The notes beneath the pieces were generated by a model, which was given only the letters and a program-made list of their open reading frames with translations, ran no database searches and was not told the DNA's origin. A program made the position numbers and the translations under genes. A DNA stretch of 40,600 nt, from the NCBI GenBank assembly GCA_001787035.1, contig MFUY01000002.1, positions 7,355 through 47,954 of the forward strand, written 5' to 3'. The stretch is from Candidatus Nomurabacteria bacterium RIFCSPLOWO2_01_FULL_41_12 (GTDB lineage: Bacteria > Patescibacteriota > Minisyncoccia > Phycocordibacterales > UBA9973). Of the stretch, positions 1-8,583 are shown one piece after another (the stretch's first letter is position 1; each line of letters begins with the position of its first letter).

Positions 1-164
1 GAGAGGTGTTTATGCTCTCTAGCCTGCCCTTACTTGCCATACCCTTTATTATATTTTGGCTTGTTTTGAATATTGCTCTTGTAGAGGGCGCAAAATATCT
101 GCTACGCGACAAGAAGCATCTCTTTACAAAAGAACATTATCTTAAGCTTTTCTCAATAATATAG
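1..164 (+). CDS. C-terminal fragment of a membrane protein gene cut by the window edge
   Basis: The frame starting at nt 3 is open from the window edge to TAG 162-164. It translates to EVFMLSSLPLLAIPFIIFWLVLNIALVEGAKYLLRDKKHLFTKEHYLKLFSII, hydrophobic then basic. It is not in the ORF track because no start lies in the window. Confidence 0.3.
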   Translation, partial: EVFMLSSLPLLAIPFIIFWLVLNIALVEGAKYLLRDKKHLFTKEHYLKLFSII

Positions 165-207
165 TGTGTGGCATTTATGGGCATTTTTTGGTATAAAGTA
201 AATACAT

Positions 208-279
208 GGTGCCTGTAGTTTAGTGGTAAAACTTCGGCTTGTGGAGCCGATATCGAGAGTTCAATTCTCTCCAGGCACC
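208..279 (+). tRNA. tRNA-His (anticodon GTG) with genome-encoded G-1
   Basis: Hand-folded cloverleaf. Acceptor GTGCCTG 209-215 pairs with CAGGCAC 272-278. D stem GTTT/AAAC. Anticodon stem TCGGC/GCCGA with loop TTGTGGA (GTG at 241-243). T arm GAGAG-TTCAATT-CTCTC. The extra G208 opposite C279 is the His identity element. CCA is not fully encoded. Confidence 0.85.
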
Positions 280-281
280 CA

Positions 282-674
282 TTAATTTTTGTGAATATCT
301 TCTTCTAAATGGGCTAGTTGCTTTTCCACTCTATTCAAAGTATCTTGGAGGTTTTTAATTTGAGTTTCTTCTGTTGCAACTTCTTCTTCCACTTTTTCAG
401 CCATTTTTTCTTCGCCAATCAAGCCGGAAATAATAAGCCGGCTCCCAATAAAAGCGGAGACAAATACTCCCGTGATAAGAAGTATTATGGTTCCTATAAT
501 TATTGAGGCCACAGAACTGACATTAATATCATCGGCCAAATGCCATATTCCGCGCCAAAATAATATTATTCCAATGCCCCCTATGAGCGCGTAAAGAATA
601 GGGTAGTGGCTTAGTTTACTCCTTACTCTGTCTTCCAACTTATCAAAAAATCGCTTTATCTTTTTCAACTTCAT
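282..674 (-). CDS. hypothetical small membrane protein with acidic coiled-coil-like C-terminus
   Basis: 130-aa ORF with two hydrophobic segments (PILYALIGGIGIILFW, IIIGTIILLITGVFVSAFIG) and an EEKMAEKVEEEV tail. TAA stop. No family recognised. Confidence 0.55.
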   Translation of the reverse strand: MKLKKIKRFFDKLEDRVRSKLSHYPILYALIGGIGIILFWRGIWHLADDINVSSVASIIIGTIILLITGVFVSAFIGSRLIISGLIGEEKMAEKVEEEVATEETQIKNLQDTLNRVEKQLAHLEEDIHKN

Positions 675-753
675 CCCAGTACTAAAATTTTAAATAATAA
701 TGTTTATCCTTATTTCCCGTAATCAAAATTAGGTGAAACCGTTACGGGACAAG
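675..753 (-). repeat. Family A leader element, copy A1 (abuts the ATG of the 282..674 gene)
   Basis: The reverse complement reads ACTTGTCCCGTAACGG...AAAATTTTAGTACTGGG followed by ATG. It shares the 5' box ACTTGTCCCGT and the 3' box AAAATTTTAGTACTGGGATG with copies at 4630, 27776 and 36197. Confidence 0.7.
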
Positions 754-790
754 TATTGCTTTATCATACACTAAGAGTAGAATTGTTTCC

Positions 791-1342
791 ATGCCTTGGG
801 ACGATAAAGAACTTATAGAGGTACTAAAAAATAATGGCGTCGTGGTAATGCCCACAGACACTTTATATGGAATTGTGGGTAGGGCGCAAAACCAGTCTGC
901 GGTAGAACGTATTTATAAAATACGAAAAAGAAACCCAGGAAAGCCTTGCATAATACTTATTGGAGACATAAATGAGTTAAAGAAATTTGGCATAATTCTA
1001 ACAGAAGCACAAAAAGATCAAATTAGAAGATATAGAGAACCCACAAGTTTTATTGTTGACTGCACTGATGAAAAATTTTCATATTTACATCGTGGCACAA
1101 AGACTTTAGCATTTCGCTTACCTACTTCAAAATCTCTAAGAAATTTTTTAATAAAAACCGGACCATTGATTGCGCCTTCCGCGAATATTGAGGGTTTGCT
1201 CCCGGCAAAGACTATTATTGAAGCACGCAATTACTTTGGCAGTCAAGTAGACCTATATATTGACGGCGGGGAAATTAGGAGTAAGGCTTCAAAAATTGAA
1301 AAATTGCATAAAGATGGCAAATTAAGTACAATTAGGGAATAA
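791..1342 (+). CDS. tsaC: L-threonylcarbamoyladenylate synthase (YrdC/TsaC family)
   Basis: 183 aa. YrdC-type motifs VVVMPTDTLYGIVGRA, KPCIILIG, LRLPT and PLIAPSAN. Confidence 0.8.
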   Translation: MPWDDKELIEVLKNNGVVVMPTDTLYGIVGRAQNQSAVERIYKIRKRNPGKPCIILIGDINELKKFGIILTEAQKDQIRRYREPTSFIVDCTDEKFSYLHRGTKTLAFRLPTSKSLRNFLIKTGPLIAPSANIEGLLPAKTIIEARNYFGSQVDLYIDGGEIRSKASKIEKLHKDGKLSTIRE

Positions 1343-1343
1343 T

Positions 1344-1874
1344 ATGATTCAAAACCACCTTTCATTTTTAAGATTACTTTTCGGTGAGAATGAAGAGCCG
1401 AGACGGAGGATATTCCGCAGTATCAAGGCCAAGGCTGATGCAAAAAGAACAGCAACAGAGCGGATTGCAGACTGGATGACTTCACGTTTTGGGAGCATAA
1501 CTTTTTTATCCCTAAATATACTGATGTTTATTTTATGGGTACTCATAAATACCAATCAAATACAGGGAATACCCCCCTTTGACCCTTTTCCTTTCAGTCT
1601 TCTTACCACCATTGTCTCTCTGGAAGCTATTATTCTTGCAATCTTCGTACTTATATCCCAAAATCGCAATTCAAAAGTAGATGACTTGCGGGAAGAAACT
1701 CACTTGCAAGTCAATCTTATTGCTGAAAAGGAAATTACTAAACTTATGAAAATGATGGCTATTCTTCTGGAAAAGCATGGGGTAGACTTGTCACAAGACC
1801 CCGAATTAAAAAAACTGCTCCGACCGATCAGTGAGGAAGAAATAGAAAAAAGATTGGAAAAAGAGATTCTGTAG
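1344..1874 (+). CDS. DUF1003 family membrane protein
   Basis: 176 aa. FGSITFLSLN..W...N, then FDPFPFSLLTTIVSLEAIILAIFVLISQNR is the typical DUF1003 core. Confidence 0.7.
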   Translation: MIQNHLSFLRLLFGENEEPRRRIFRSIKAKADAKRTATERIADWMTSRFGSITFLSLNILMFILWVLINTNQIQGIPPFDPFPFSLLTTIVSLEAIILAIFVLISQNRNSKVDDLREETHLQVNLIAEKEITKLMKMMAILLEKHGVDLSQDPELKKLLRPISEEEIEKRLEKEIL

Positions 1875-1875
1875 T

Positions 1876-2907
1876 ATGAAAATTCTAAAGAATTATGATT
1901 TGAAAAATTTAAATACTTTTGGTATACCCACCAAGGCCAAATTTTTTGTAGAAATTACGGGTGAAGGTGAACTAAATGAACTTTTTAAAGAGCCGTTATA
2001 TATAGGGCACGAAAAGCTTTTCTTAGGGGAAGGCAGCAATGTTTTATTTACCAAAGACTGGGGTGGCATAGTAGTCCTAAATAAAATAAAAGGCATAGAA
2101 ATTCTAGAAGAAGATTCCGAGAACATCCTAATAAAATCAATGAGCGGAGTAATCTGGCACGATTTAGTGTCTTTTGCGGTAGACCACGATTATTGGGGGA
2201 TTGAAAATTTGGCGCTTATCCCCGGTACAGTAGGGGCTGCGCCGATGCAAAACATCGGAGCTTACGGAGCGGAATTAAAAAATGTTCTCACTTTAGTTGA
2301 GGCTTATAATGTTAATACTGGAGAGAAGAGAATTTTCAGTAAAGAAGAGTGCATTTTTGGGTACAGAGACAGTATTTTTAAGAACTCGTTAAGAAATAAA
2401 TATTTCATATCTGCTATCACTTTAAGATTAAGCAAGACGGGAAAGCCCAACACGAGCTATAAAATTTTAAAAGAGCATTTGGAGAAAAATAAAATTGAAA
2501 TCAAAAACTCTAAAAACATAAGCGATGCTGTATCTGAAATCCGCCGGAGTAAGCTTCCCGACCCGAGGGTCATTGGAAATGCCGGAAGTTTTTTTAAGAA
2601 TGTCTTCGTGGATAAAGACAAGTTGGCAGAATTGCGCAGACTTTATCCAGCTATGCCATTTTTTGAAGAAGATGGTCTATCAAAAATTCCGTCTGCCTGG
2701 CTGATTGAACAATGTGGTCCTGCAAACGGGACAAGCTGGAAGGGATATAGAGTAGGCAATGTTGGAGTACATCATAAACAGGCGCTTGTTTTAGTCAATC
2801 ACGGAGACGGGCGGGGACAAGATATTAAAGATTTAGCTCTGCAAATCATTGCTTCAGTCAAAGAAAAATTTGGCTTAGAACTTGCCCCTGAAGTCAATTT
2901 GATTTAG
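1876..2907 (+). CDS. murB: UDP-N-acetylenolpyruvoylglucosamine reductase
   Basis: 343 aa. NLNTFGI, LGEGSNVLF, GAAPMQNIGAYG, GNAGSFFKN, PSAWLIEQCG. Confidence 0.9.
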   Translation: MKILKNYDLKNLNTFGIPTKAKFFVEITGEGELNELFKEPLYIGHEKLFLGEGSNVLFTKDWGGIVVLNKIKGIEILEEDSENILIKSMSGVIWHDLVSFAVDHDYWGIENLALIPGTVGAAPMQNIGAYGAELKNVLTLVEAYNVNTGEKRIFSKEECIFGYRDSIFKNSLRNKYFISAITLRLSKTGKPNTSYKILKEHLEKNKIEIKNSKNISDAVSEIRRSKLPDPRVIGNAGSFFKNVFVDKDKLAELRRLYPAMPFFEEDGLSKIPSAWLIEQCGPANGTSWKGYRVGNVGVHHKQALVLVNHGDGRGQDIKDLALQIIASVKEKFGLELAPEVNLI

Positions 2908-2955
2908 CAGCATTTCAGGTGTAGAATTAAAACATTAAAAATTAATCTAAAATTT

Positions 2956-3765
2956 ATGGAAATCCCACAAGAATATCAAAAGAATTTATATCGTGCAGTA
3001 CTTGCCTTTCTAATCGTCTTGTCGCTTCTGTTCGCAGTAAAGTTTTTCTCTGAGCTCCGCTCTTACGGAATGATGGGCAGCTCAAATGCCAATGTTATCA
3101 CTCTCTCCGGTCATGGAGAAGTGCAGGCAGTACCGGATATTGCCAATGTTTATTTCACTATTTCTAAAGATGCGAAAACAGTAAAAGAAGCACAGGAAGC
3201 TGTGGCGAAAATAGAAAAAGCCGCGCTTGATTTTTTGAAAGGAAAAGGGGTAGCTGATAAAGACATAAAAACCGAAAATGCCTCTTTCTATCCGAAGTAT
3301 GAATATAAATACGATACGAAAATGATGATGCCTTGCAACGAATATGGATGTCCTCCACGAGGAGGCAATAGTGTAATTGTCGGCTATACTGCGTCTGAGA
3401 GCGTTACGGTAAAGGTTCGCAATACTGATGATGCCGGAATTATTATGCAAGGCTTGGGTACAGTTGGCGTTTCTAATTTAAATGGCCCTAATTTTGCCAT
3501 AGATGATGAAGATGCATTAAAAGCTGAGGCTAGAAAAAAAGCGATTGATGATGCGAGAGTTAAAGCAAAAGTTTTAGCAAAAGATCTTGGAGTTAAATTA
3601 GGCAGGATTGCAAATTTCAGCGAGGGAGGCGGATATTTTCCTGTAATGTATGGCAAGGTTGCCGGGATGGGGGGTGATGCTGAAATTTCATCCGCTCCGG
3701 CCGAGATTCCCAAAGGAGAAAACACCATCAGCTCGGACGTGACAATAACTTACGAGATAAAGTAA
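2956..3765 (+). CDS. SIMPL (DUF541) domain secreted/periplasmic protein
   Basis: 269 aa. N-terminal membrane anchor, then GHGEVQAVPDIANVYFTI and an AKVLAKDLGVKLGRI SIMPL-type core. Confidence 0.75.
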   Translation: MEIPQEYQKNLYRAVLAFLIVLSLLFAVKFFSELRSYGMMGSSNANVITLSGHGEVQAVPDIANVYFTISKDAKTVKEAQEAVAKIEKAALDFLKGKGVADKDIKTENASFYPKYEYKYDTKMMMPCNEYGCPPRGGNSVIVGYTASESVTVKVRNTDDAGIIMQGLGTVGVSNLNGPNFAIDDEDALKAEARKKAIDDARVKAKVLAKDLGVKLGRIANFSEGGGYFPVMYGKVAGMGGDAEISSAPAEIPKGENTISSDVTITYEIK

Positions 3766-3794
3766 ACCCGCACACTAAATTTTAGTGTGCGGGT
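3766..3794 (+). terminator. hairpin directly abutting the stop codon (terminator-like)
   Basis: ACCCGCACACTAAA (3766-3779) pairs with TTTAGTGTGCGGGT (3781-3794), followed by AAATTTGATATTTT. The arms resemble the hairpin at 29050/29108. Confidence 0.55.
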
Positions 3795-3833
3795 AAATTT
3801 GATATTTTATAGAAAAAGAGTACTATTAAAACC

Positions 3834-4361
3834 ATGAAACAACTTGATCCAAAGGCAGTCTGGTTATTTTTTATTAGTTCTGTTTTACGTTTGTTTTGGT
3901 TACTCATACTTTTTAGTATTGTAGGTTCGGTAACCTTGATTGATTACCTTAGCAAAAACTTAAATAAGACTGGGGAGATTTCATTTACCTTTCTGAATTG
4001 GCTATGGATTATTATTCCTATTTTTCTTATTATTTGCTTTATTTTGGCAAAGCTTACCTATCATTATTATCGATATGAGATGTCAGAACTCGTGTTTAAA
4101 AAAGAGCACGGCATCATTTGGAAAAAATATGTTTCCATACCTTACGACAGGATTCAAAATGTCGATATTTATCGCGGAGTATTGGCGCGGCTTCTTGGTC
4201 TCTCTGATCTCCAAATTCAAACAGCAGGAGGCATAACTGCCGGTAGCTACGGAGCGTTTTCTGAAGGAAGACTAATAGGAGTATCAAAAGAAGAGGCTGA
4301 AAAATTAAGAGACGAGCTAATCCAAAAAGCCCGCAGTTCTCGTACTGGCCAAGGACTCTAA
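3834..4361 (+). CDS. membrane-flanked bacterial PH domain protein (bPH_2/DUF304, YdbS-like)
   Basis: 175 aa. Two N-terminal TM segments, then PYDRIQNVDIYRGVLARLLGLSDLQIQTAG. Confidence 0.7.
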   Translation: MKQLDPKAVWLFFISSVLRLFWLLILFSIVGSVTLIDYLSKNLNKTGEISFTFLNWLWIIIPIFLIICFILAKLTYHYYRYEMSELVFKKEHGIIWKKYVSIPYDRIQNVDIYRGVLARLLGLSDLQIQTAGGITAGSYGAFSEGRLIGVSKEEAEKLRDELIQKARSSRTGQGL

Positions 4362-4401
4362 TTTTTTAATTTGACTATTTGAGAGAAAAAGAGTAAAGTT
4401 G

Positions 4402-4426
4402 AAAGAGCCCTGAAGGGGGCTTTTTT
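4402..4426 (+). terminator. rho-independent terminator
   Basis: AAAGAGCCC - TGAAGG - GGGCTTTTT stem-loop followed by a T run, between the bPH gene and secE. Confidence 0.65.
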
Positions 4427-4431
4427 AAGAA

Positions 4432-4614
4432 ATGTCAAAGATTACCGAATATTTCAAAGATACAAAAATGGAGCTGAAACATGTAATTTGGCCCGGGAGG
4501 AGCCAGACTCTTTACTATACTTTAATTGTCATAGTTTTGTCAGTTTTAGTCGCGTATTATCTGGGTATTTTTGATTTTATTTTTTCCAAAGGTTTAGAAA
4601 AGTTATTACCATAA
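4432..4614 (+). CDS. secE: preprotein translocase subunit SecE
   Basis: 60 aa with a single TM. ELKHVIWPGRSQTLYYTLIVIVLSVLVAYYLGIFDFIF. Located immediately upstream of nusG. Confidence 0.8.
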   Translation: MSKITEYFKDTKMELKHVIWPGRSQTLYYTLIVIVLSVLVAYYLGIFDFIFSKGLEKLLP

Positions 4615-4629
4615 GCCTCAAGCCTATAC

Positions 4630-4702
4630 ACTTGTCCCGTACTAAATTTTTGATTACGAGGCATAACGATAAACATTAATAATTAAAATTTTAGTACTGG
4701 GA
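4630..4702 (+). repeat. Family A leader element, copy A2 (ends in the nusG ATG)
   Basis: ACTTGTCCCGTACTAAATTTTTGATTACG...AAAATTTTAGTACTGGGA. TCCC 4635-4638 pairs with GGGA 4699-4702, which includes the A of the ATG. Confidence 0.7.
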
Positions 4703-5244
4703 TGAAACAAGAAACAGAGGGGGCAAGAAATTGGTACGCAATACACACTTATGCCGGATATGAAAATGTCGTCTTGCGTAATTTGCGCCAGCGCATTGAC
4801 TCCCTAGGTATGAACGATAAAATTTTCAACGTTATTGTTCCGATTGAAAAAAAGATAAAAATAAAAGGAGGCAAGAGAGTGGAGGTGGAAGAAAAAATTT
4901 ATCCGGGTTATGTTTTGGTTGATATGATTGTGACGGATGATTCTTGGTATGTGGTGAGGAATACTCCGCGGGTCACCGGTTTCGTCGGCGCGGGAGTAAA
5001 CCCGGTGCCTCTTAAAAAAGAAGAAGTGGAGTATCTTTTCAAGAAGATGGATGCCGGCACAACTAAGCACAATATTGACATGGTTATCGGCGAGAGCATT
5101 CTGATTACCGATGGTCCGTTTAAAGAACTGGAAGGGAAAATTAATTCCATTGACCAAGAGCGTGGCAAAGTTAAAGTGCTTGTTTCAATGTTCGGTCGCG
5201 AGACCCCGGTCGAACTAGATTTCTTGCAAGTCAAGAAAATTTAA
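4702..5244 (+). CDS. nusG: transcription termination/antitermination factor NusG
   Basis: 180 aa. WYAIHTYAGYENVV, YPGYVLVDM and a KOW-type C-terminus ITDGPFKELEGKI. Confidence 0.9.
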   Translation: MKQETEGARNWYAIHTYAGYENVVLRNLRQRIDSLGMNDKIFNVIVPIEKKIKIKGGKRVEVEEKIYPGYVLVDMIVTDDSWYVVRNTPRVTGFVGAGVNPVPLKKEEVEYLFKKMDAGTTKHNIDMVIGESILITDGPFKELEGKINSIDQERGKVKVLVSMFGRETPVELDFLQVKKI

Positions 5245-5258
5245 GATAATGTATCAGA

Positions 5259-5302
5259 GTCGCGCTTAAAGGACGGTTGCGCGACATGATTTCGCAAAAT
5301 CA
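5259..5302 (+). repeat. Family B leader hairpin pair, copy B1 (abuts the rplK ATG)
   Basis: GTCGCGC (5259-5265) - 13 nt loop - GCGCGAC (5279-5285), then ATGATTTCGCAAAATCA. Near-identical copy at 31249-31294. Confidence 0.7.
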
Positions 5303-5728
5303 ATGGCTAAAAAAATAACCAAAAAAATAAAACTTCAAATTCAAGCTGCAAAGGCCACTCCGGCGCCGCCCTTGGGGCCTGCGCTCGGCCAAGCCGGCAT
5401 AAATATCGGAGATTTTGTCACCAAGTTCAACGCTGCCACAGCCAAAATGGCCGGGGATAAAGTCGGTGTTTCCATTACTGTTTATGAAGACAGGAGCTAT
5501 GATTTTATTGTGAAAACACCTCCAGTAACCGGGCTTATCTTAAAAGCCGCTGGGGTGGAGAAAGGTTCTGGTAAAAATGTTGCGACAAAAGCGGGTAAAA
5601 TCACTCGCGCACAAGCTTTAGAAATCGCAAATAAAAAAAGAGCGGATTTGAATGCCAAAGATGACGAAGGCGCAATACGCATTATCGCCGGCTCTGCTCG
5701 ATCTATGGGTATTGAAGTAGTGGATTAA
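5303..5728 (+). CDS. rplK: 50S ribosomal protein L11
   Basis: 141 aa. [26 protein letters not shown]. Follows nusG as usual. No rplA follows. Confidence 0.95.
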   Translation: MAKKITKKIKLQIQAAKATPAPPLGPALGQAGINIGDFVTKFNAATAKMAGDKVGVSITVYEDRSYDFIVKTPPVTGLILKAAGVEKGSGKNVATKAGKITRAQALEIANKKRADLNAKDDEGAIRIIAGSARSMGIEVVD

Positions 5729-5736
5729 CGAAGCCT

Positions 5737-6462
5737 ATGTTAAGATACTCATATATGTCAAACATTAAACAATATTTTACGCAGAAAAATGTTCTCTTTA
5801 TTGTTATTTTCGCAGTTTTGGGGTTTATCGCTCTGCAAATTCCAGTGGCCCAATTGGAAGGGTCTAAAGTGAAGTTTATGGTCTATGACGCTTTCGCTCC
5901 TGTGGCCGGCGCTTTTATCGGTAGCTTGCCTGGCGTAGTGGCGGTCTTTTTAATGCAATTTGTAAATTTCTTGGTGCACGGAGCAGTTGTGGAAGATGCC
6001 GGAACAATTATTCGTTTTTTGCCGATGCTTTTCGCGGCATTATACTTCGCTCGGAAAGGAAAATCTAATCTAGTCGTTCCAGTACTTGCGATTATCGCTT
6101 TTATTGCTCATCCTATCGGCCAAACGGTTTGGTATTTTGCACTTTTCTGGACCATTCCAATTATTGCCTATTTTTTCCGTGACAGGTTTCTTTTGGCGCG
6201 GGCGCTTGGCGCCACCTTTACCGCCCACGCGGTCGGCGGCGCTTTATGGATCTGGGTTTTCAACCTGCCGGCGCCGGTTTGGGTCTCGCTTATACCGGTT
6301 GTGGCTCTAGAGCGCGGATTTTTTGCTCTTGGAATTGTTATTTCTTTTGTTCTTGTCAACAATCTTTTAGCTTTTCTCGAAAAGAAATATATCTTAAATC
6401 TCGGTTTTACTATTAACCAGGGATATCTCTTGGGCGCATTACGCCATGAATCGAAAGTCTAA
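5737..6462 (+). CDS. multi-pass membrane protein; possible vitamin/folate-type transporter component (context only)
   Basis: 241-aa ORF (alternative ATG at 5755) with about 6 hydrophobic segments. Its stop overlaps the next gene. Any function is inferred only from the adjacent folate genes. Confidence 0.5.
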   Translation: MLRYSYMSNIKQYFTQKNVLFIVIFAVLGFIALQIPVAQLEGSKVKFMVYDAFAPVAGAFIGSLPGVVAVFLMQFVNFLVHGAVVEDAGTIIRFLPMLFAALYFARKGKSNLVVPVLAIIAFIAHPIGQTVWYFALFWTIPIIAYFFRDRFLLARALGATFTAHAVGGALWIWVFNLPAPVWVSLIPVVALERGFFALGIVISFVLVNNLLAFLEKKYILNLGFTINQGYLLGALRHESKV

Positions 6463-6985
6463 GCCGCATAAAGTTATTTACACCGCTTATGTTGCAACTA
6501 GTATTGATGGACGCATAGCAGAGAGTCATCAGTCCGGCATAGACTGGACAAGCAAGGAAGACTGGAATTTTTTTCAGAAATCTCTTAATAAAATGGATGC
6601 CGTCATTGTGGGGCATAATACTTATAAAGTTTCCAAAGATCGCCTCAAACGGAGAAACACCATAGTTTTGACTTCAAAAATCAATAAGTTGAAAACACAA
6701 GACAAAATTGTTTTTTTTAATCCAAAGAACTCCAGCCTAGAAAAATTTCTTAGTAGTAAAGGATATAAAAATATAGCAGTGCTCGGTGGCGGTAAAGTGT
6801 ATGATTTTTGCCTTTCCAATAAAATGCTGGATGAGCTTTTTGTCACGATTGAACCGTATGTTTTCACAAATGGCGTGCCGATGTTCTCCGGGATTAGATT
6901 CAGAAAATATAAATTTTCCTTAGTTACAGTTAAAAGACTTAATAAAACAGGAACCCTTCTCTTAAAATATAAAAATGAAAATTAA
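6446..6985 (+). CDS. RibD C-terminal domain / dihydrofolate-reductase-like reductase family protein
   Basis: 179 aa. VATSIDGRIA, DAVIVGHNTY, VLGGGKVY, DELFVTIEPYVFTNG. Confidence 0.7.
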   Translation: MNRKSKPHKVIYTAYVATSIDGRIAESHQSGIDWTSKEDWNFFQKSLNKMDAVIVGHNTYKVSKDRLKRRNTIVLTSKINKLKTQDKIVFFNPKNSSLEKFLSSKGYKNIAVLGGGKVYDFCLSNKMLDELFVTIEPYVFTNGVPMFSGIRFRKYKFSLVTVKRLNKTGTLLLKYKNEN

Positions 6986-7736
6986 AACTATAAAAACCAG
7001 AATATTTCGCGAAAACGAAAACCTAATGGAGTTTATTTTAAAGTATCTCAAAAAAATTCCCAAAAAAAATCTTGAGCAATCTATCCTGGTTATAACCTCC
7101 AAGATAGTGGCTCTCTCCGAAGGGAGAACTAAAGAAATTGATAAATCAATTTCTCACGACAAAATGCGGGAAAAGATTATTAAAGCTGAAAGCGAATATA
7201 TGCTGCGGACTAAATACACCTGGCTGACCATCAAAGACGGGATGGTCATGGCTTCAGCCGGCATTGATGAATCCAATGCGGACAACAAGATAGTTTTATT
7301 ACCAAAAGATTCTTTCCAGGCCGCCCATTTAATTCGCAAGAAGTTAGTTAAAGAATATAAAGTAAAAAACTTAGGTATTCTAATTACGGACAGCAGGCTA
7401 CTGCCTCTGCGCGCAGGCATCGTCGGAGCCGCTGTCGGTTATGCTGGGTTTAAAGGTGTGCGAGATTATCGCGGAACTCCGGATATCTTCAGGAGAATTT
7501 TAAAATTATCCCGGACTGATGTGGCTGACGGCTTGGCTACCGCAGCCGTACTTTGCATGGGAGAAGGCAAAGAGCGGCAACCACTCGCCTTGATTACTAA
7601 CGCTCCGGTTGAATTCGTGGAAAAAGTCAACAAAAAAGAGCTCTACATCGACCCGCGCGAAGATTTGTATCAGCCTCTTTTTGCCAGGATAAAAAAAATA
7701 AAAAATATAAAATCAAAGAATTATTACAGGTTTTAA
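6975..7736 (+). CDS. CofE/FbiB-like gamma-glutamyl ligase (putative folate-metabolism gamma-glutamate ligase)
   Basis: 253 aa. ITSKIVALSEGR, ASAGIDESNA, ILITDSRLLPLRAGIVGAAVGYAGF. Confidence 0.7.
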   Translation: MKIKTIKTRIFRENENLMEFILKYLKKIPKKNLEQSILVITSKIVALSEGRTKEIDKSISHDKMREKIIKAESEYMLRTKYTWLTIKDGMVMASAGIDESNADNKIVLLPKDSFQAAHLIRKKLVKEYKVKNLGILITDSRLLPLRAGIVGAAVGYAGFKGVRDYRGTPDIFRRILKLSRTDVADGLATAAVLCMGEGKERQPLALITNAPVEFVEKVNKKELYIDPREDLYQPLFARIKKIKNIKSKNYYRF

Positions 7737-7765
7737 AAATTTTTGAGGTGTGATATATTAATCCT

Positions 7766-8095
7766 ATGGTTGATTTAAAAGAATTACAAAAGGAAGTGAT
7801 GAGGAATAAGCTGGAGAAGGGGTTTAACACAAAAAATCTTGCGCTGGATTTTTGTCGCGCACACGAAGAACTTTCTGAAGCTTTTTCTAAACACAACAGG
7901 AATCAGCCCGGAGTGGCGGAAGAATTTGCTGATGTAATGATATTTATCCTTGGTATGTGTGAGACAATGGACTTTGACCTGGAAAAAGAATTAAACAGAA
8001 AAATTGAAATTAATAAAAAAAGAAAATACAGAAAAGAAAAATCCCCAGAAGGTGAAGATGTATTTATTCGCATAAAAACTCCCGAGGACCCTTAG
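7766..8095 (+). CDS. MazG-like all-alpha nucleoside triphosphate pyrophosphohydrolase
   Basis: 109 aa. AHEELSEAF ... AEEFADVMIFILGMCE metal-binding E-x-x-E/E-x-x-D pattern. Confidence 0.7.
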   Translation: MVDLKELQKEVMRNKLEKGFNTKNLALDFCRAHEELSEAFSKHNRNQPGVAEEFADVMIFILGMCETMDFDLEKELNRKIEINKKRKYRKEKSPEGEDVFIRIKTPEDP

Positions 8096-8583
8096 ATTTT
8101 TTCGTAGATTGAAAAGGTATAGTTAAAAGGATTCCTTTCGTCTTTTTGGCGCTCTTCGTGGGAGATTTCGTTCCAAACTACCGGTATAATTTCCGGGAAA
8201 AAGGCGTCAGCATCTTTTTCTTCCGCTTCTGTGTGGGTTATATAAAGTCTGTCGGCAATAGACATAGTTTGCTTATATAATTCTCCTCCTCCGATTATAA
8301 AAATTTCCTCGTCAGTATTTTTAAATAATTCTAATGCCTCATTTATAGAATGGGTAATTTCCACTCCGTCTTTCTTATAATTTAAATCTCTAGTAATTAT
8401 TATATTTCTCCTGTTGGGCAATGGCCTCCCCAGAGACTCAAAAGTCTTGCGTCCCATGATGACCGCATGTCCGGATGTAGTTTCCCTGAAATGCTTCATG
8501 TCTTCAGGCATATGCCACAGGAGGGTATTGTTTTTGCCTAGTTCGTTATTTTTCCCGATAGCTGCGATAAGTGAAATGGTCAT
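8092..8583 (-). CDS. folA: dihydrofolate reductase
   Basis: 163 aa. ISLIAAIGKNNELGKNNTLLWHMPEDMKHFRETTSGHAVIMGRKTFESLGRPLPNRRNIIITR and IIGGGELY. The ATG overlaps the TGA of the upstream ThyA-like gene (ATGA). Confidence 0.9.
   Translation of the reverse strand: MTISLIAAIGKNNELGKNNTLLWHMPEDMKHFRETTSGHAVIMGRKTFESLGRPLPNRRNIIITRDLNYKKDGVEITHSINEALELFKNTDEEIFIIGGGELYKQTMSIADRLYITHTEAEEKDADAFFPEIIPVVWNEISHEERQKDERNPFNYTFSIYEKI

Noticed and set aside
4630-4660. Family A 5' box (CTTGTCC) as the -35 of a standard promoter
   Set aside because: The sequence 17 nt downstream differs in every copy (TACGAG, TAAGAT, ATGGGA, ATTTTG) and rarely resembles TATAAT. The conserved long-range pairing is the better-supported feature. 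Promoter function is not excluded, but it cannot be claimed from sequence.
5286-5318. Conserved upstream ORF within Family B leaders
   Set aside because: The ATG after the GC stem opens a 10-codon frame at rplK but only a 3-codon frame (ATG ATT TCG TAA) at rpsE. A conserved leader peptide is therefore not supported.
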